From positions 276,903-340,902 of the forward strand of contig RHPI01003244.1 of the NCBI GenBank assembly GCA_009103225.1: a stretch of DNA of 64,000 bases, given 5' to 3'. The notes under the pieces are model-generated. The model ran no database searches and had not been told where the DNA came from. It was given only the letters and a program-made list of their open reading frames with translations. Below are positions 62,393 to 64,000 of this stretch, piece after piece; within the stretch, counting starts at the first letter, position 1; each line of letters starts with the position of its first letter. The position numbers and the translations under genes are program-made. Origin of the DNA: Chlorokybus atmophyticus (lineage: Eukaryota; Plantae; Mesostigma and Chlorokybus algae).

Positions 62393-64000
62393 CCATTGTT
62401 AGCCTCATCCCCACTCTCTTCAACGTGTTGAAGCCCACTCTGCACAGGTTGTGAAACCCTACCGCAACTGCCCGGCAGAGAACGACGAGCAAGGCTCTCC
62501 CTTGGGAGCTGCGCTGGAGCACCACCTTCTTCGTATGCAGCGCATCGCGAGCACGTAACCTCAACCATGCTACCCACAGCGTGCCGTCGACAGAGGCTGT
62601 TTGGACACGTCGCGCAGACTTGAAAAGCTGCTTCGTTGCAGTTCTTCACATGGCACCTGTGTTTTGGTTCAGTACAAGTGATAATGGTTCTAGGAGTGAA
62701 GTTCCTCACAACAAGATGCCAAGCATTTGCTGCAATGAAGTCCACTTACTCATGCCTTGGGCACTCCCAATATTCATCCTCCACAGGTGGCATAGAGACA
62801 CAGTGCGCGTGGTAGCTTTTCCAGCAACCTTCCACATCGCAGCCAGATATGGTGCCCCCATCCTTGCAGACAAAGCAGTAGTCTTCATGTTCCCGATGTT
62901 CCAACGCATCCAGCTCCAGTCTCGGTCTCATCCTGTGAACAAAGGTTCAGTGGCCAGGTCTACAGTCTCACAGTAGGGATATGAGGCATCACAATCGCAA
63001 ACAGTACCTCTTGTACTCAAAATGCCAGTCGCGGCGTGTGGTCCATGACACCTCGCTCGAGGCGCTATTGGTTTCGCTTTGGGCACCCTGCACCAAGTAC
63101 ACAAGATGGTTGTATGTGATGCCAAAACCCAGGATATATGAGGACATCCAGATTCTAATGGACAACGTTGTTAACTCTCCTCTTACCGGAGTGTCCCGGT
63201 GCATGCCTCGACGCATGAGACTGCGCCTGTCTTTAACAAGCGCTACTGTTACTTTGTTGTCATGGGGATCAATTCCCTCAAACCACTGGCCCTTGACCTG
63301 CCAGCAAGAAGGGATATTCATCAGCCATTTTCATACTACTATTTCAATTTACTATCATCACACCAAGCACACGCCAAAACGATTGCAACACAGCCACTTA
63401 CCAGGTTGCAATCAAGGTAGGTTTGTTCTGCAAAGCGGGGCTTGTCTTTTCTTAGGATTGCAAATCCTCCACTGTGCTGGACTTGGTTGCTCATGTACCA
63501 CCTAGCTCTGAGCAGCTGGTGCTCCCGACCAGCTATCACCACAACATAAAAGGATTGCACCCTGCCATACCAATGGATCTTCTTGGTTGGGTCATCTGAG
63601 TCACGCCCAACGGTAAACACGCCACAGTCCATGGTGCGGAGTTTCTTCTCCATTTCCTCTGCTCTGAACTGACCGATGTCCTTGTAGCGTGCTCTGAAGT
63701 ATCGCTTGATGTACTTTGGAAAGATTGGACCGCTCAACAGCTCCATCTCGTGCTTTGTAAGCTCCCTAGCAGGTCCACGCCAGTGATGCAGCTCAGTCAT
63801 ATGCTCTATGTCCTTTGCCACGACATGTCCTTGTGTTTGAGCCCTTTCCCTTGCCATCCTGCGTTTGTTCACCTCCCGGCTGAACTCTCTGTGTAGCAGC
63901 AACCCATAAATAAAACATACTGTCTGCGCGTTGGACATCACGTACAAAACAGCAACTCCCAAAGCAACTTACTCTTTTAACAGCCTGTATTCATCGTCAT
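62393..64000 (-). CDS. CACTA/EnSpm (CMC)-like transposase C-terminal region fused in frame to a PHD finger and NSD-type C5HCH domain; 5' part lies beyond the window
   Basis: DUF4216-like FRAEE...TMDCGV...WYGRVQSF...LLRARW and QWFEGIDP..VTVALV, then CFVCKDGG..GCD..GCWKSYHAHC...WECPRHECHVKNC...CATCPNSLCRRH. Four GT-AG junctions all keep frame. Confidence 0.8.

Overview
Eukaryotic nuclear DNA, most likely from a green alga. This is inferred from plant-type H2A and NBR1 motifs, a plastid transit peptide, a Penelope-like element with an N-terminal endonuclease, and short GT-AG introns often ending in (T/C)GCAG. I assembled these intron-containing host genes by hand: an F-box protein, NBR1 (PB1-ZZ-FW-UBA-UBA), a plastid-targeted LEA-like protein, a DUF3429/TMEM69-like protein, peroxisomal DEG15 protease, and two or three genes of unknown function. 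Much of the rest is decayed, nested transposons: hAT, DD35D pogo with a related MITE, a Naiad/Chlamys-type Penelope-like element interrupted by a Ty3/gypsy remnant, DIRS-like and second Penelope-like remnants, a TRIM with a solo LTR, and a CACTA-like transposase. Three observations stand out. (1) A nine-exon, about 862-aa gene places a recognisable H2A histone fold at the C-terminus of a very long acidic, coiled-coil, E/R/K-rich protein. (2) A CACTA-like transposase is spliced in frame to a PHD finger plus an NSD-type C5HCH module. (3) A 516-bp TRIM has a tRNA-like A box in its LTR and a B box just after the primer-binding site, at tRNA spacing. All calls come from motif recognition by eye; no searches were run.
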